Positions 16,838 to 26,083 of a stretch of 64,000 nt of DNA are shown one piece after another. The notes beneath the pieces are model-generated. The model had not been told where the DNA came from and made no database searches. It saw only the letters and a list, made by a program, of their open reading frames with translations. Position 1 is the first letter of the stretch, and each line of letters begins with the position of its first letter. Origin of the DNA: an uncultured delta proteobacterium (lineage in GTDB: Bacteria > Desulfobacterota > Syntrophia > Syntrophales > Smithellaceae); assembly GCA_963753975.1 (NCBI GenBank), contig CAVWEH010000002.1, forward strand, positions 608,001 to 672,000, read 5' to 3'. The position numbers were made by a program, and so were the translations under genes.

Positions 16838-19800
16838 ATGAAGGTTTTTCGTTCACACTTATTGATCTGCGGAGGCACGGGTTGTCAATCTTCCGGCAGT
16901 CATGCCGTAAAAACAGCTTTGTTGGAAGAGGTCGATAAAAGGGGATTGGCTGAAGAAATAAAGATTGTGGAAACAGGTTGTAACGGTTTTTGCGCTTTGG
17001 GTCCCATTATGGTTGTTTACCCCGAAGGCGTCATTTACGTATCTTTAAAGCCGGAAGATATCCCGCAATTAGTCGAAGAACACTTAATCAAAGGAAGGGT
17101 CTTAAAACGGCTTTTATACAGAGAACCCGTTACCGATCAGATTATTCCTACAATGCAGGATATTCCCTTTTTTGCTCTTCAGGAATTGCGGGTGTTGCGG
17201 AACCGCGGATTAATTGATCCCGAAAAAATAGATGAATATATCGCCCGTGACGGTTACGCCGGTATGGCCAAAGCGCTTACGGAAATGACCCCGGAGCAAA
17301 TTATTCAAGAAATTCTTAATTCCGGTTTACGCGGGCGCGGCGGAGCGGGATTTCCCACTGGACTGAAATGGAAGTTTGCCTCCCAGTCCAAAGGTGATGT
17401 TAAATATGTTTTGTGCAACGCCGACGAAGGCGACCCGGGCGCTTTCATGGATAGAAGCGTGCTGGAAGCAGATCCTCACGCCGTCCTGGAAGGAATGGTC
17501 ATCGCGGCCAAAGCCATCGGCTCTCATCACGGATACATTTATTGCCGCGCTGAGTATCCCTTGGCCATTCACCGTTTAAATGTCGCCATTGCCCAGGCCA
17601 AAGAAGCCGGATTACTAGGCAAAGATATCTTGGGCACGGGTTTTGATTTTGATCTGGAGATTTACCAGGGAGCCGGCGCTTTTGTCTGCGGTGAGGAAAC
17701 AGCGCTGATGACTTCCATTGAAGGAAAAAGAGGCATGCCGCGGCCGAGACCACCCTTCCCCGCCGTTGCCGGACTTTGGCAAAAGCCCAGCATCCTGAAT
17801 AACGTGGAAACTCTGGCTAATATCGGCCAGATTATTTTACGCGGCGCCAAGTGGTATGCTTCTGTGGGCACGGAAAAAAGCAAAGGAACAAAGGTTTTTG
17901 CTCTTACCGGAGATGTCGCCAATGTCGGTCTGGTGGAAGTTCCTATGGGAACGACATTAGGCACCATCGTTTATGATATCGGCGGCGGAATCCCCAAGGG
18001 GAAAAAATTCAAGGCCGCTCAGTTGGGTGGTCCTTCCGGCGGTTGTATTCCCGTGCAGCACCTGAACGCGCCCGTAGATTATGAAAAGGTTGTTGAACTC
18101 GGCGCGATTATGGGTTCCGGCGGCTTGATCGTCATGAACGAAGACAAGTGCGCGGTAGATATGGCGCGCTTTTTTATGGATTTCTGTCAGGATGAATCCT
18201 GCGGCAAATGCACTCCCTGCCGTGAGGGAACAAAACGCATGCTGGATATTTTAACCAATATCACTCTGGCTAAAGGCAAAGAAGGAGATATCGAGCTTCT
18301 CGAAGAAATGGCCGGAGTTATCAAAAATGCAGCTTTATGCGGTCTGGGTCAAACCGCGCCTAACCCGGTACTGAGCACCATTCGTTATTTCCGCAAAGAG
18401 TACGAGGAACATATACGCGAACATCGCTGCCGTGCCGCTGTTTGTTCGGCAATGTTTAAATCTCCCTGCCAGCATACCTGCCCCATTGGCATGGATATAC
18501 CTTCTTATATTGCTCTTGTCAGGGCGGGAAGATTCGATGACGCTTATAAAATATTGCTCTTGACCAACCCCTTCCCGTCTGTTTGCGGAAGAGTCTGCGA
18601 CCATAAGTGCCAGAGCAAGTGCCGCCGCGGCAATCTGGACGAACCTATAGCCATCAAATTTCTGAAAAGATTTATCACGGATAATGCCGGCCGCCCGAAA
18701 ATTGAGCTGGTGCCGCAAACGAGAAAAGAAAAGATCGCCGTGGTGGGAGCAGGTCCGGCTGGACTTACCGCTGCGCGCGACTTGGCTTTAAGAGGTTATA
18801 AGGTAACGGTTTTTGAGGAGCTTCCCCAGCCGGGAGGAATGATGTACTGGGGCATTCCTTCTTATCGCCTGCCCCGTAAAGTATTGGATAAAGAAATCGA
18901 CGACATCCGGGCACTGGGTGTCGAAATCCGTTTGAATACGCGCGTCGGCAAAGATATTACGTTTGCCAAACTGGAAAAAGATTTTCATTATGTTTATCTT
19001 GCCTCGGGAGCGCATAAGAGCCAGAAGATGAATGTCCCCGGCGAGGATTTGAAAAATGTTTTTGGCGGCGTGGAGTTCCTGCGCGATTTTAACGCCAATG
19101 AGGATAAATGGTTAAAAGGCAAAAGCAAGCTGGGTAAAAAAGTTGCTGTTATCGGCGGCGGTAATTCCGCCATCGATGCCGCCCGCATTGCCGTGCGTCT
19201 GGGAGCGGATGTAACGATTCTTTACCGCCGCTTAAGGCAGGATATGCCCGCGGCACCGGAAGAAATCAAAGCCGCCGAAGAAGAAGGAATCAAGATTGAA
19301 TATCTCATTGCCCCGTTAAAAATTGAAGGCACTAAAGAAAAAGTCGGCTCTATTACCTGCCAGCGCATGGTTCTGGGCGACTTTGACTCGAGCGGCCGTA
19401 AAAAACCGGCCGCAATTGCCGGCTCAGAATTTACCTTAAAGGTCGATTCCGTTATCGCCGCCATCGGCCAGATTCCCGATATGAGTTTTATTGATAAAAA
19501 AACCGGCATTACAATAAACAAACGGGATTGTTTTGATGTAGGTAATGACTATAAATCACGCACACCTAACCCCCGCTACTTCGCGGGCGGTGACGCCGTA
19601 ACCGGCCCGGATACCGTAATTGCCGCCATTGCCGCGGGACATCAAGCGGCAGACGATATAGATTCAGCTATCCGCAAGGCCAACAATGAGCCGGCTTATG
19701 AAAAACCGGTGCCGGAAAAAATTGATGTGCCCCTGGTTATTGATGAAGAAACGGTTGAAGCAATCCAAATGATAATGCCGGAAATATCGGACTCTAAACG

Positions 19801-19894
19801 TAAAATGAGTTTTGCGGAAGTGGAATTAGGTTTCAAGAAAGCGGACGCCATTAAAGAAGCATCGCGTTGTTTACGCTGTGACGCTGAATTATAA
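16838..19894 (+). CDS. NuoF/HydB-like FMN subunit fused to a GltD-like FAD/NADP(H) domain
   Basis: N-terminal CGGTGC/GCNGFC, GRGGAGFPTG, NADEGDPGAFMDR, ESCGKCTPCREG, then SPCQHTCP, CGRVC..CQSKC, GAGPAG, GGGNSAID..LYRR, RCLRC. Confidence 0.92.
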   Translation: MKVFRSHLLICGGTGCQSSGSHAVKTALLEEVDKRGLAEEIKIVETGCNGFCALGPIMVVYPEGVIYVSLKPEDIPQLVEEHLIKGRVLKRLLYREPVTDQIIPTMQDIPFFALQELRVLRNRGLIDPEKIDEYIARDGYAGMAKALTEMTPEQIIQEILNSGLRGRGGAGFPTGLKWKFASQSKGDVKYVLCNADEGDPGAFMDRSVLEADPHAVLEGMVIAAKAIGSHHGYIYCRAEYPLAIHRLNVAIAQAKEAGLLGKDILGTGFDFDLEIYQGAGAFVCGEETALMTSIEGKRGMPRPRPPFPAVAGLWQKPSILNNVETLANIGQIILRGAKWYASVGTEKSKGTKVFALTGDVANVGLVEVPMGTTLGTIVYDIGGGIPKGKKFKAAQLGGPSGGCIPVQHLNAPVDYEKVVELGAIMGSGGLIVMNEDKCAVDMARFFMDFCQDESCGKCTPCREGTKRMLDILTNITLAKGKEGDIELLEEMAGVIKNAALCGLGQTAPNPVLSTIRYFRKEYEEHIREHRCRAAVCSAMFKSPCQHTCPIGMDIPSYIALVRAGRFDDAYKILLLTNPFPSVCGRVCDHKCQSKCRRGNLDEPIAIKFLKRFITDNAGRPKIELVPQTRKEKIAVVGAGPAGLTAARDLALRGYKVTVFEELPQPGGMMYWGIPSYRLPRKVLDKEIDDIRALGVEIRLNTRVGKDITFAKLEKDFHYVYLASGAHKSQKMNVPGEDLKNVFGGVEFLRDFNANEDKWLKGKSKLGKKVAVIGGGNSAIDAARIAVRLGADVTILYRRLRQDMPAAPEEIKAAEEEGIKIEYLIAPLKIEGTKEKVGSITCQRMVLGDFDSSGRKKPAAIAGSEFTLKVDSVIAAIGQIPDMSFIDKKTGITINKRDCFDVGNDYKSRTPNPRYFAGGDAVTGPDTVIAAIAAGHQAADDIDSAIRKANNEPAYEKPVPEKIDVPLVIDEETVEAIQMIMPEISDSKRKMSFAEVELGFKKADAIKEASRCLRCDAEL

Positions 19895-19935
19895 ATCTTA
19901 TGTGAGCTTATTAAATATTTTGCAAGGAGCAGGAA

Positions 19936-21723
19936 ATGGAGAAAAAAGTACCTTTAACAATAGATGGAAAAAAAGTGGAAGCTTTTGCGGGCCAAACCAT
20001 TTTAGAATGTGCCAATGAAAACGGCATTTTTATCCCCACGCTTTGTAACCATCCTGCACTCTCTCCTATTGGGGCTTGCCGGATGTGTCTGGTAGAAATA
20101 AAAGGGCAACGTAATTTGCAGACCTCGTGTACATTTCCTGTAACCGATGGAATGGAAATACAAACTGATTCCAAGGCGGTAATTGATGCCCGCAAGCTGG
20201 TTCTGGATATGATCTTTTCGGAAAGAAATCATTTTTGTCCCTATTGTGAGATGAGCGGCAATTGCGAGTTGCAGGATCTCGGTTACCGTTATCGCGTTGA
20301 TCACTGGGTATTCCCCACTTATACGAAAGCTTTTCCACTGGATGCCACCCATAAATACTACCTGATGGAACACAACCGGTGCGTCCTTTGCGAAAGATGC
20401 ATTCGTGCCTGCGATGAGCTTGTGGCTAATCACACCCTGGGTTTAAGACAGCGGGGAAGTGAGAGTATGGTTCACGCCGACGGCAATATTCCGCTCGGTG
20501 AATCTACCTGCATATCCTGCGGCACCTGTACTCAGGTTTGTCCAACGGGAGCTCTATTTTACAAAAGAAGCGCTTTTATGGGCAAAGACAGCGTGACTAA
20601 ACAAGTAAAAAGCACCTGCAATCAATGCAGCATCGGCTGTGGTACGGAAATTGTAACACGCGGCGGAAATGTTCTCTGCATTATGGGCGATTGGGATGCT
20701 CCGGTTAATAAAGGGCTACTTTGCAAAATGGGCCGTTTTGAACCCTTATATGACAGCCGCCAGAGACTGACCAAGCCCCTTTTACGCACTAAAGGGAAGT
20801 TCGAAGAAATAAGCTGGGAAAAAGCAATCCAGACGCTGGCCAAGCAGATTAACACAATCAAAGCTCCGGAAATAGGCGTGCTTGCCGGCAGTTATTCCTC
20901 CAACGAAGCACTTTATTTGATTAAAAAATTATTCAAGCAGGAATTGCACGTCTCCAATATCGGTCTCATCAATATGGCGGCACCCAGGATTTTCAACAAA
21001 GCTCAGAGTAAACTGGAAGATATTGCCCAAAGCGATATTATTCTTGTCATCGGTTCCGATCCGCTAAATGACCAGCCGGTCGCTTCCTTCATCATTAAGC
21101 GCGCCGTAGACAAGGGAGCAAGACTTATTGTAGTTGATGATAAGAAAAATGGTTTGGCTCCGTTTGCCTTCCTGAATATCGCTATGGCCGATATAAGCAA
21201 AGCAATGGAAGTTGCCAAAAGAGCCAATAATCCGTTTATTCTTTACGGCGCCAGTATTACCAAACCGGCCCTAGCCGAGCTCAAGAAACTGGAAGATAAA
21301 GCAAAATACATCATCGTCGAATCGGGCGTCAATACCGTAGCGGCAGCGGCATTGGGATTAAATAACGGTTATGATCCCGCCTCCCTCAAACTTGTATATG
21401 TCTTACTGGGTGAGCAAAATTACGCGGGCGACGATCTATTCAAAAAAATTCCTCAAAATGCATTTATCGTGGCACAGGCAAGCTATTTATCGCCTCTCAC
21501 AGAGAGGGCAGACCTTGTGTTACCTGCGGCAATCTGGTCGGAACAAACGAGCAGCTTGACCAATATCGAAGGAAGGATACAGAGTATGAATCGCGCGGTG
21601 GAACCTTTAGGCGATGCTAAACCGGATTGGGAAGCATTGCAATTATTATCAATACAACTGGGCAAGGATATTTCCGTGTCTATAAATGAAGCTTCAGCTG
21701 AAGTGATCAAGTCTCTTAAATGA
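19936..21723 (+). CDS. NuoG/HydA-like Fe-S subunit with a molybdopterin-oxidoreductase-like scaffold and no H-cluster
   Basis: PTLC..GACRMC..TSC, HFCPYC..C, two CxxCxxCxxxC, CNQCSIGC..LC, DLVLPAA..E..TNIEGR; no FeFe H-cluster motifs. Confidence 0.85.
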   Translation: MEKKVPLTIDGKKVEAFAGQTILECANENGIFIPTLCNHPALSPIGACRMCLVEIKGQRNLQTSCTFPVTDGMEIQTDSKAVIDARKLVLDMIFSERNHFCPYCEMSGNCELQDLGYRYRVDHWVFPTYTKAFPLDATHKYYLMEHNRCVLCERCIRACDELVANHTLGLRQRGSESMVHADGNIPLGESTCISCGTCTQVCPTGALFYKRSAFMGKDSVTKQVKSTCNQCSIGCGTEIVTRGGNVLCIMGDWDAPVNKGLLCKMGRFEPLYDSRQRLTKPLLRTKGKFEEISWEKAIQTLAKQINTIKAPEIGVLAGSYSSNEALYLIKKLFKQELHVSNIGLINMAAPRIFNKAQSKLEDIAQSDIILVIGSDPLNDQPVASFIIKRAVDKGARLIVVDDKKNGLAPFAFLNIAMADISKAMEVAKRANNPFILYGASITKPALAELKKLEDKAKYIIVESGVNTVAAAALGLNNGYDPASLKLVYVLLGEQNYAGDDLFKKIPQNAFIVAQASYLSPLTERADLVLPAAIWSEQTSSLTNIEGRIQSMNRAVEPLGDAKPDWEALQLLSIQLGKDISVSINEASAEVIKSLK

Positions 21724-21737
21724 AAGGAGAAGCCTAG

Positions 21738-22283
21738 ATGGCAAAAGTCAAGATAGCGACAGACTGGTTAGCAGGCTGCGCCGGATGTCATATGTCGTTA
21801 CTGGATATTGATGAGCGTATTGTAGGGCTATCGGAATTGGTTGAATTTACGTCAAGTCCGATAACAGACCTCAAGCATCCGCCTAAATCAGGCGTAACCG
21901 TGGGTATTCTGGAAGGAGCTATCTGCAACACTCACAATATTGAAGTCGCCAAGCAAATGCGCGAACGCTGCGATATCCTCATTGCAGTTGGCGACTGCGC
22001 AACATTCGGCGGTGTTCCGGCCATGCGTAATCTGGTGGGTACTGATGTGGCCTTAAAGCGTGCGTATCTGGAAACGGAAAGCACTGTTGATGGAGTTATT
22101 CCGGATTCTTTGGAGCTGGGAAGGCCTCTGGATTTTGTCGTGGGAGTTGACAAAATCGTCAAAGTTGATCTGTTCATTCCGGGTTGTCCGCCGAGGGCGG
22201 ATGCATTTTATTATGCCTTAACGGAGTTGCTTGCGGGTCGCACACCGGTAATATTGCCGCCCGAAGTATTTACATATGATTAG
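21738..22283 (+). CDS. hoxY: [NiFe]-hydrogenase small subunit, single-cluster HoxY/HydS type
   Basis: GCAGCH, GDCA, PGCPP; only 181 aa. Confidence 0.85.
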   Translation: MAKVKIATDWLAGCAGCHMSLLDIDERIVGLSELVEFTSSPITDLKHPPKSGVTVGILEGAICNTHNIEVAKQMRERCDILIAVGDCATFGGVPAMRNLVGTDVALKRAYLETESTVDGVIPDSLELGRPLDFVVGVDKIVKVDLFIPGCPPRADAFYYALTELLAGRTPVILPPEVFTYD

Positions 22284-22295
22284 AGGAGAACATTT

Positions 22296-23724
22296 ATGGG
22301 TCGGAAGATAACTATTGAACCTGTAACACGTATTGAAGGCCACGGACGTGTAACAATACATCTGGATGATCAAGGTGCGGTGGAACAAACTTTTTTCCAC
22401 GTTGACGAATTCCGTGGTCTGGAAAAATTCTGCGAAGGGCGTCCGTATTATGAAATGCCGCAAATTACACAACGCATATGCGGAATCTGCCCGATCAGCC
22501 ATCACCTGGCAGCGTGCTAAAGCCGGGGATGCAATTTCTCGTGTCGAGCCTCCGCGTCCGGCCAAATTATTGCGCGAGTTGATGCACATGGGACAGGTTG
22601 TTCAGTCGCACGGCATGCATTTTTTTCATCTGGCGGCGCCGGATCTGCTCTTTGGCTTTGATGCGGATCCCGCAACGCGTAATGTTTTCAGAATAATTAA
22701 GGAAAATCCAAAACTGGCACTGAAGGCCGTGAACATGCGCCGCTATGGTCAACAGATCATAGAGCGGCTGGGCGGAAAACGCGTTCATGCGAATTTTGCG
22801 GTTCCCGGCGGAGTCAATGCTCCATTGACTGAAGAAAATCGTAAAGCCATAGCATCCGAACTAAAGACGATGACTGCAACAGCTCAGGAGGCGATAAGCA
22901 TAGCTAAAGGCTGGCTCGAAGCCAATCAGGAAACGGCAGCAACTTTTGCCTCTTTTCCTTCCAGTTATATGGGGCTGGTGGATGCCGAAGGAGGTCTGCA
23001 GCTGTATGACGGTGAAATTCGCGTGAAAGACGCGCAAGGCAATTTTCTGGCTCAGTTTAAGCCGGAGCACTATCTATCTTTTATTGCCGAACACGTTGAA
23101 CGGTGGTCCTTTTTGAAGTATCCTTACCTGCGTAAGATGGGCTTTCCCCAGGGTTTCTATCGCGTTGGACCATTGGGCAGACTGAATGTCATTGATAAAA
23201 TCGGCACACCCCTGGCGCAGGAAGAATTCAAACTCTTCCGACAAATCAATAGCGGCATGCCTGTAGAAGGTTCTCTGTACTATCACTACGCGCGTATGAT
23301 TGAAGCTCTTTATGGTGTGGAACGTATTGGCCAGTTACTGGATGATCCGGATATTATGTCCAACAATGTTCGCGCCTATCCGCCGCTTTCGCAGGTTCCT
23401 AGTCAGGGTGTGGGTGTCATTGAAGCACCTCGCGGAACGCTTTTCCATGACTACAGCACAGATGAAAACGGTGTTTTGACCAGAGTTAATCTTATTGTGG
23501 CCACCGGCAATAATAATTGGGCCATGCATACTGCAGCCGGAGCCGTGGCTAAAGCTTGTGTTGACGGCACAAGATTGACTGAAGGAATGCTAAACAGAGT
23601 GGAGGCGGCTATTCGTTGCTATGACCCCTGTTTGTCGTGTTCCACGCATGCCTTAGGCAAAATGCCGCTGGAAGTTACATTGCTCGCGGCAGATGGCACC
23701 GTTCTTGATCGCATCAGCCGTTAA
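22296..23724 (+). CDS. hoxH: [NiFe]-hydrogenase large subunit, HoxH/HydL type (apparent +1 frameshift near 22515)
   Basis: [10 protein letters not shown]1 RICGIC; removing one base continues HHLA-x-AKAGD...; EAPRGTL, L2 DPCLSCSTH. Confidence 0.88.
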
Positions 23725-23790
23725 TAACGGTTATGAACTCCAAAACAAGTTTTGGAAACCACTTCCCGGAATTGGAGTTTCACGAATAAA
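23724..23790 (+). repeat. Internally deleted copy of the modular intergenic element
   Basis: Left-end-like ATAACGGTTATGAACTCCAAAACAAGTTTTGGAAAC joined to the right end CGGAATTGGAGTTTCACGAATAAA. Confidence 0.7.
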
Positions 23791-23804
23791 TACAAATAAT
23801 TTTC

Positions 23805-23842
23805 CAGGCGGATAAGTGTGATGCTTACCCGCCTGTTTTTTT
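23805..23842 (+). terminator. Intrinsic terminator after hoxH
   Basis: CAGGCGGATAAG-loop-CTTACCCGCCTG followed by T7. Confidence 0.75.
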
Positions 23843-23847
23843 CTGAA

Positions 23848-24074
23848 AAATCACGGGTATGAACCTCAAAGCAAGCAAGCTTTGGAAACAAATTCCGCAG
23901 CAAGCTGCGGGGTATTAAACCCTCCGCTTCGCGGGATAATTTCCAATAGCCTTTGGCTATTGGATAGTTCGACTTACAAATTTCATTCTGCTGCGCTTAT
24001 GAAATTTGAGTCTCACTACAACTAACGCTTCCTATAGTCAGCGAGTCTCATTAAATTGGAGTTTCACCAATAAA
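23848..24074 (+). repeat. Full copy of the modular intergenic element
   Basis: First 90 bp match 39151-39236 (2 substitutions, one 4-nt indel); then hairpin modules; ends AATTGGAGTTTCACCAATAAA. Confidence 0.9.
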
Positions 24075-24569
24075 ATGGATTCCAAAACTATTATCATTGG
24101 ATATGGCAATATAGACCGCGCAGACGACGGCGTTGCCTTTGCCGTAATAAATGAGCTGCGCCGTCAACTGGGCCAGAAAATGCTGGAAGAGGGTGATACC
24201 GGTTTGGACGAGCTAAATTCCGAAAATGATTCAATTTTTCTATCCCAGCTGGTACCGGAAATTATGGAACTGCTCACGGGCTATAATAGAATAATGTTTG
24301 TTGATGCTCATGTTGGTGCTGATACGGAAGACTTCAACTGTTCACCGGTTCTGGCACAATACACTTCTTCTTCATTTACCCATCATATGACGCCGTCCAC
24401 ACTTTTGGCATTTCTCCAGACTATGTATCAGTGCGAACCGGAAGCGCATTTAATCTCCATACGCGGTTACGATTTTGATTTTAAGAGAACCCTTTCGCCT
24501 AAGGTGCGGGCGCTTGTGCAACCGGCAGTGAAGGCCATTTTGAAATTGATGAATCAATCACGGGTATGA
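24075..24569 (+). CDS. Hydrogenase maturation protease (HoxW-like)
   Basis: IIGYGNIDRADDGVA, QLVPE, FVDA, THH; ATG at 24075. Confidence 0.85.
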   Translation: MDSKTIIIGYGNIDRADDGVAFAVINELRRQLGQKMLEEGDTGLDELNSENDSIFLSQLVPEIMELLTGYNRIMFVDAHVGADTEDFNCSPVLAQYTSSSFTHHMTPSTLLAFLQTMYQCEPEAHLISIRGYDFDFKRTLSPKVRALVQPAVKAILKLMNQSRV

Positions 24570-24652
24570 ACCACAAGGTAAAGTTTGGAGGCCAATTCTA
24601 AAGCCCGCTGCAGGGTACTTATACGGGATCAATTCAACTAACAGACTTTACT
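24556..24652 (+). repeat. Degenerate copy of the modular element overlapping the protease stop codon
   Basis: AATCACGGGTATGAACC...GTTTGG...GCTGCAGGGTA...CGGGATCAATTCAACTA. Confidence 0.7.
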
Positions 24653-24682
24653 GCTCTGAGCGAAAATGTCTTTAATATAAAA

Positions 24683-24946
24683 TCAACATTTATAAGGATA
24701 GAAATGGCTATGGCAATACGATCCCGGATCACTTTGCGTCAACTCAACTTCTACTGAACATTGTGCCAGTATTTGGCCGGATATTGCTTTATAGTCAGGT
24801 AGTTTCTCCTCTAGTCTTTTGCAGTCCATGCAAATTGCTTCATGATCATAACAGGACAAAATTCTTTCGTCACGGAGACTTAAACTTTTATGGCATCTAA
24901 AACATTCGATTGCACACATAATTTTTTGTTTCCAGTCATCTTTCAT
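24683..24946 (-). CDS. Small Cys/His-rich hypothetical protein
   Basis: AAGGAG SD; CFRC, CYDH, CMDC, CHSH. Confidence 0.65.
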   Translation of the reverse strand: MKDDWKQKIMCAIECFRCHKSLSLRDERILSCYDHEAICMDCKRLEEKLPDYKAISGQILAQCSVEVELTQSDPGSYCHSHFYPYKC

Positions 24947-25196
24947 TTTTTGCTCCTTTCAGTTCTTCTAAGAATATTGAAAAATAAAGCCCGACCTATA
25001 AAATTGCCTCTTAATTTAATGTTCAATGAATACCTTGTCAAGAAGCAGGGAAATAAGCCCCTGCATACTTGACAAATTATCTTGATGCGCTACCAGTCAA
25101 CTTGTAATTAAAAAATATTTCTGTATTTCTGACTTTTCTGTTTGACATAAATACGAAAGTTTAATATAGAGAAAAAAATTATCAAGGAGGTTTCTT

Positions 25197-25760
25197 ATGT
25201 CTGACAATTTTGCTAATCCGGCTCCACTTGGTTTGATGGGTTTTGGAATGACTACCGTTCTTTTAAACATTCATAATGCCGGCTTGTCCGGAATTAGCGC
25301 TGTTATTATGGCAATGGGTATTTTCTATGGGGGAATTGCCCAGATTATCGCAGGCCGTATGGAATTTAAAAAAGGAAACACGTTTGGTACCACCGCCTTC
25401 ACATCTTACGGACTCTTCTGGTTGACGCTTGTGTTTCTCGTTTATTTCAATGGGAAATTCGATATGCCCGTCAACCAGGTGGGATTCATGGCCTGGTATT
25501 TTTTCATGTGGGGGCTCTTTACATTTTTTATGTGGATCGGTACCTGGAAGATCAATCGAGGACTTCAGGTTGTCTTTCTGACGCTGACCATCCTGTTCTG
25601 GATGCTTGCGGCACGTGACGCGTTCGGCTGGACCGGAACATGGGCGATTGTAACCGGCTACGAAGGTATTTTCTGCGGCGCTTCGGCCATTTACTGTGCC
25701 ATGGCGCAGGTGCTCAATGAAAACTTCAAAAGAGTAGTCTTGCCGCTGGGCCAGAAATAG
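25197..25760 (+). CDS. satP: Acetate/succinate transporter (GPR1/FUN34/YaaH family)
   Basis: NPAPLGLMGFGMTT signature, about 6 TM helices, GNTFGTTAFTSYG. Confidence 0.93.
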   Translation: MSDNFANPAPLGLMGFGMTTVLLNIHNAGLSGISAVIMAMGIFYGGIAQIIAGRMEFKKGNTFGTTAFTSYGLFWLTLVFLVYFNGKFDMPVNQVGFMAWYFFMWGLFTFFMWIGTWKINRGLQVVFLTLTILFWMLAARDAFGWTGTWAIVTGYEGIFCGASAIYCAMAQVLNENFKRVVLPLGQK

Positions 25761-25961
25761 TTTTAATGCCAATTCGCTTTGAATGTCCCGCCATAAGTGC
25801 GGAAATTCCCGGTAAGGCCAAGGATGTATTCGGAACATACACCTTTGCTTTTTCTCGGACGACGGCGCTAGCGGTTGTGGGGCGGGCGCGGGTTTGGCTT
25901 CCTTGAACCGCCGAAAAAGCATAAACACAATTGCAATTCTGATGGACACTGATTTTGAAGT

Positions 25962-26000
25962 AAAAAAGACTCTCTCGTGATGCCGGCGAGGGAGTCTTTC
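25962..26000 (-). terminator. Intrinsic terminator between the convergent satP and LytTR genes
   Basis: Stem AAGACTCTCTCG / CGAGGGAGTCTT with an A-run on the left (U-run on the minus strand). Confidence 0.7.
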
Positions 26001-26083
26001 CTTGTTGGAATTATCAATGATTTTTCTTTAATGCACGATCTTTGAAGTGCTCAAGACAGATAATATATACTAAAATTTCCAAA

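Noticed and set aside
19936..21723. Formate dehydrogenase or [FeFe]-hydrogenase catalytic subunit
   Set aside because: No H-cluster motifs; the scaffold is short, with no evident Cys/Sec-His active-site motif or C-terminal molybdopterin-binding domain.
22296..22520. Split hoxH, or a selenocysteine/readthrough site
   Set aside because: The stop is TAA and the continuation is in another frame; one extra base explains it.
8929..23724. [NiFeSe] hydrogenases
   Set aside because: Both L2 motifs are DPCLSC with Cys codons; no in-frame UGA.
23724..24074. Possible CRISPR array or integron attC array
   Set aside because: No identical repeats with regular unique spacers, no cas or intI gene, and no RYYYAAC/GTTRRRY cores; reported instead as a modular repeat.
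25263..25949. 228-aa minus-strand ORF
   Set aside because: Mostly antisense to satP; no recognisable domain.
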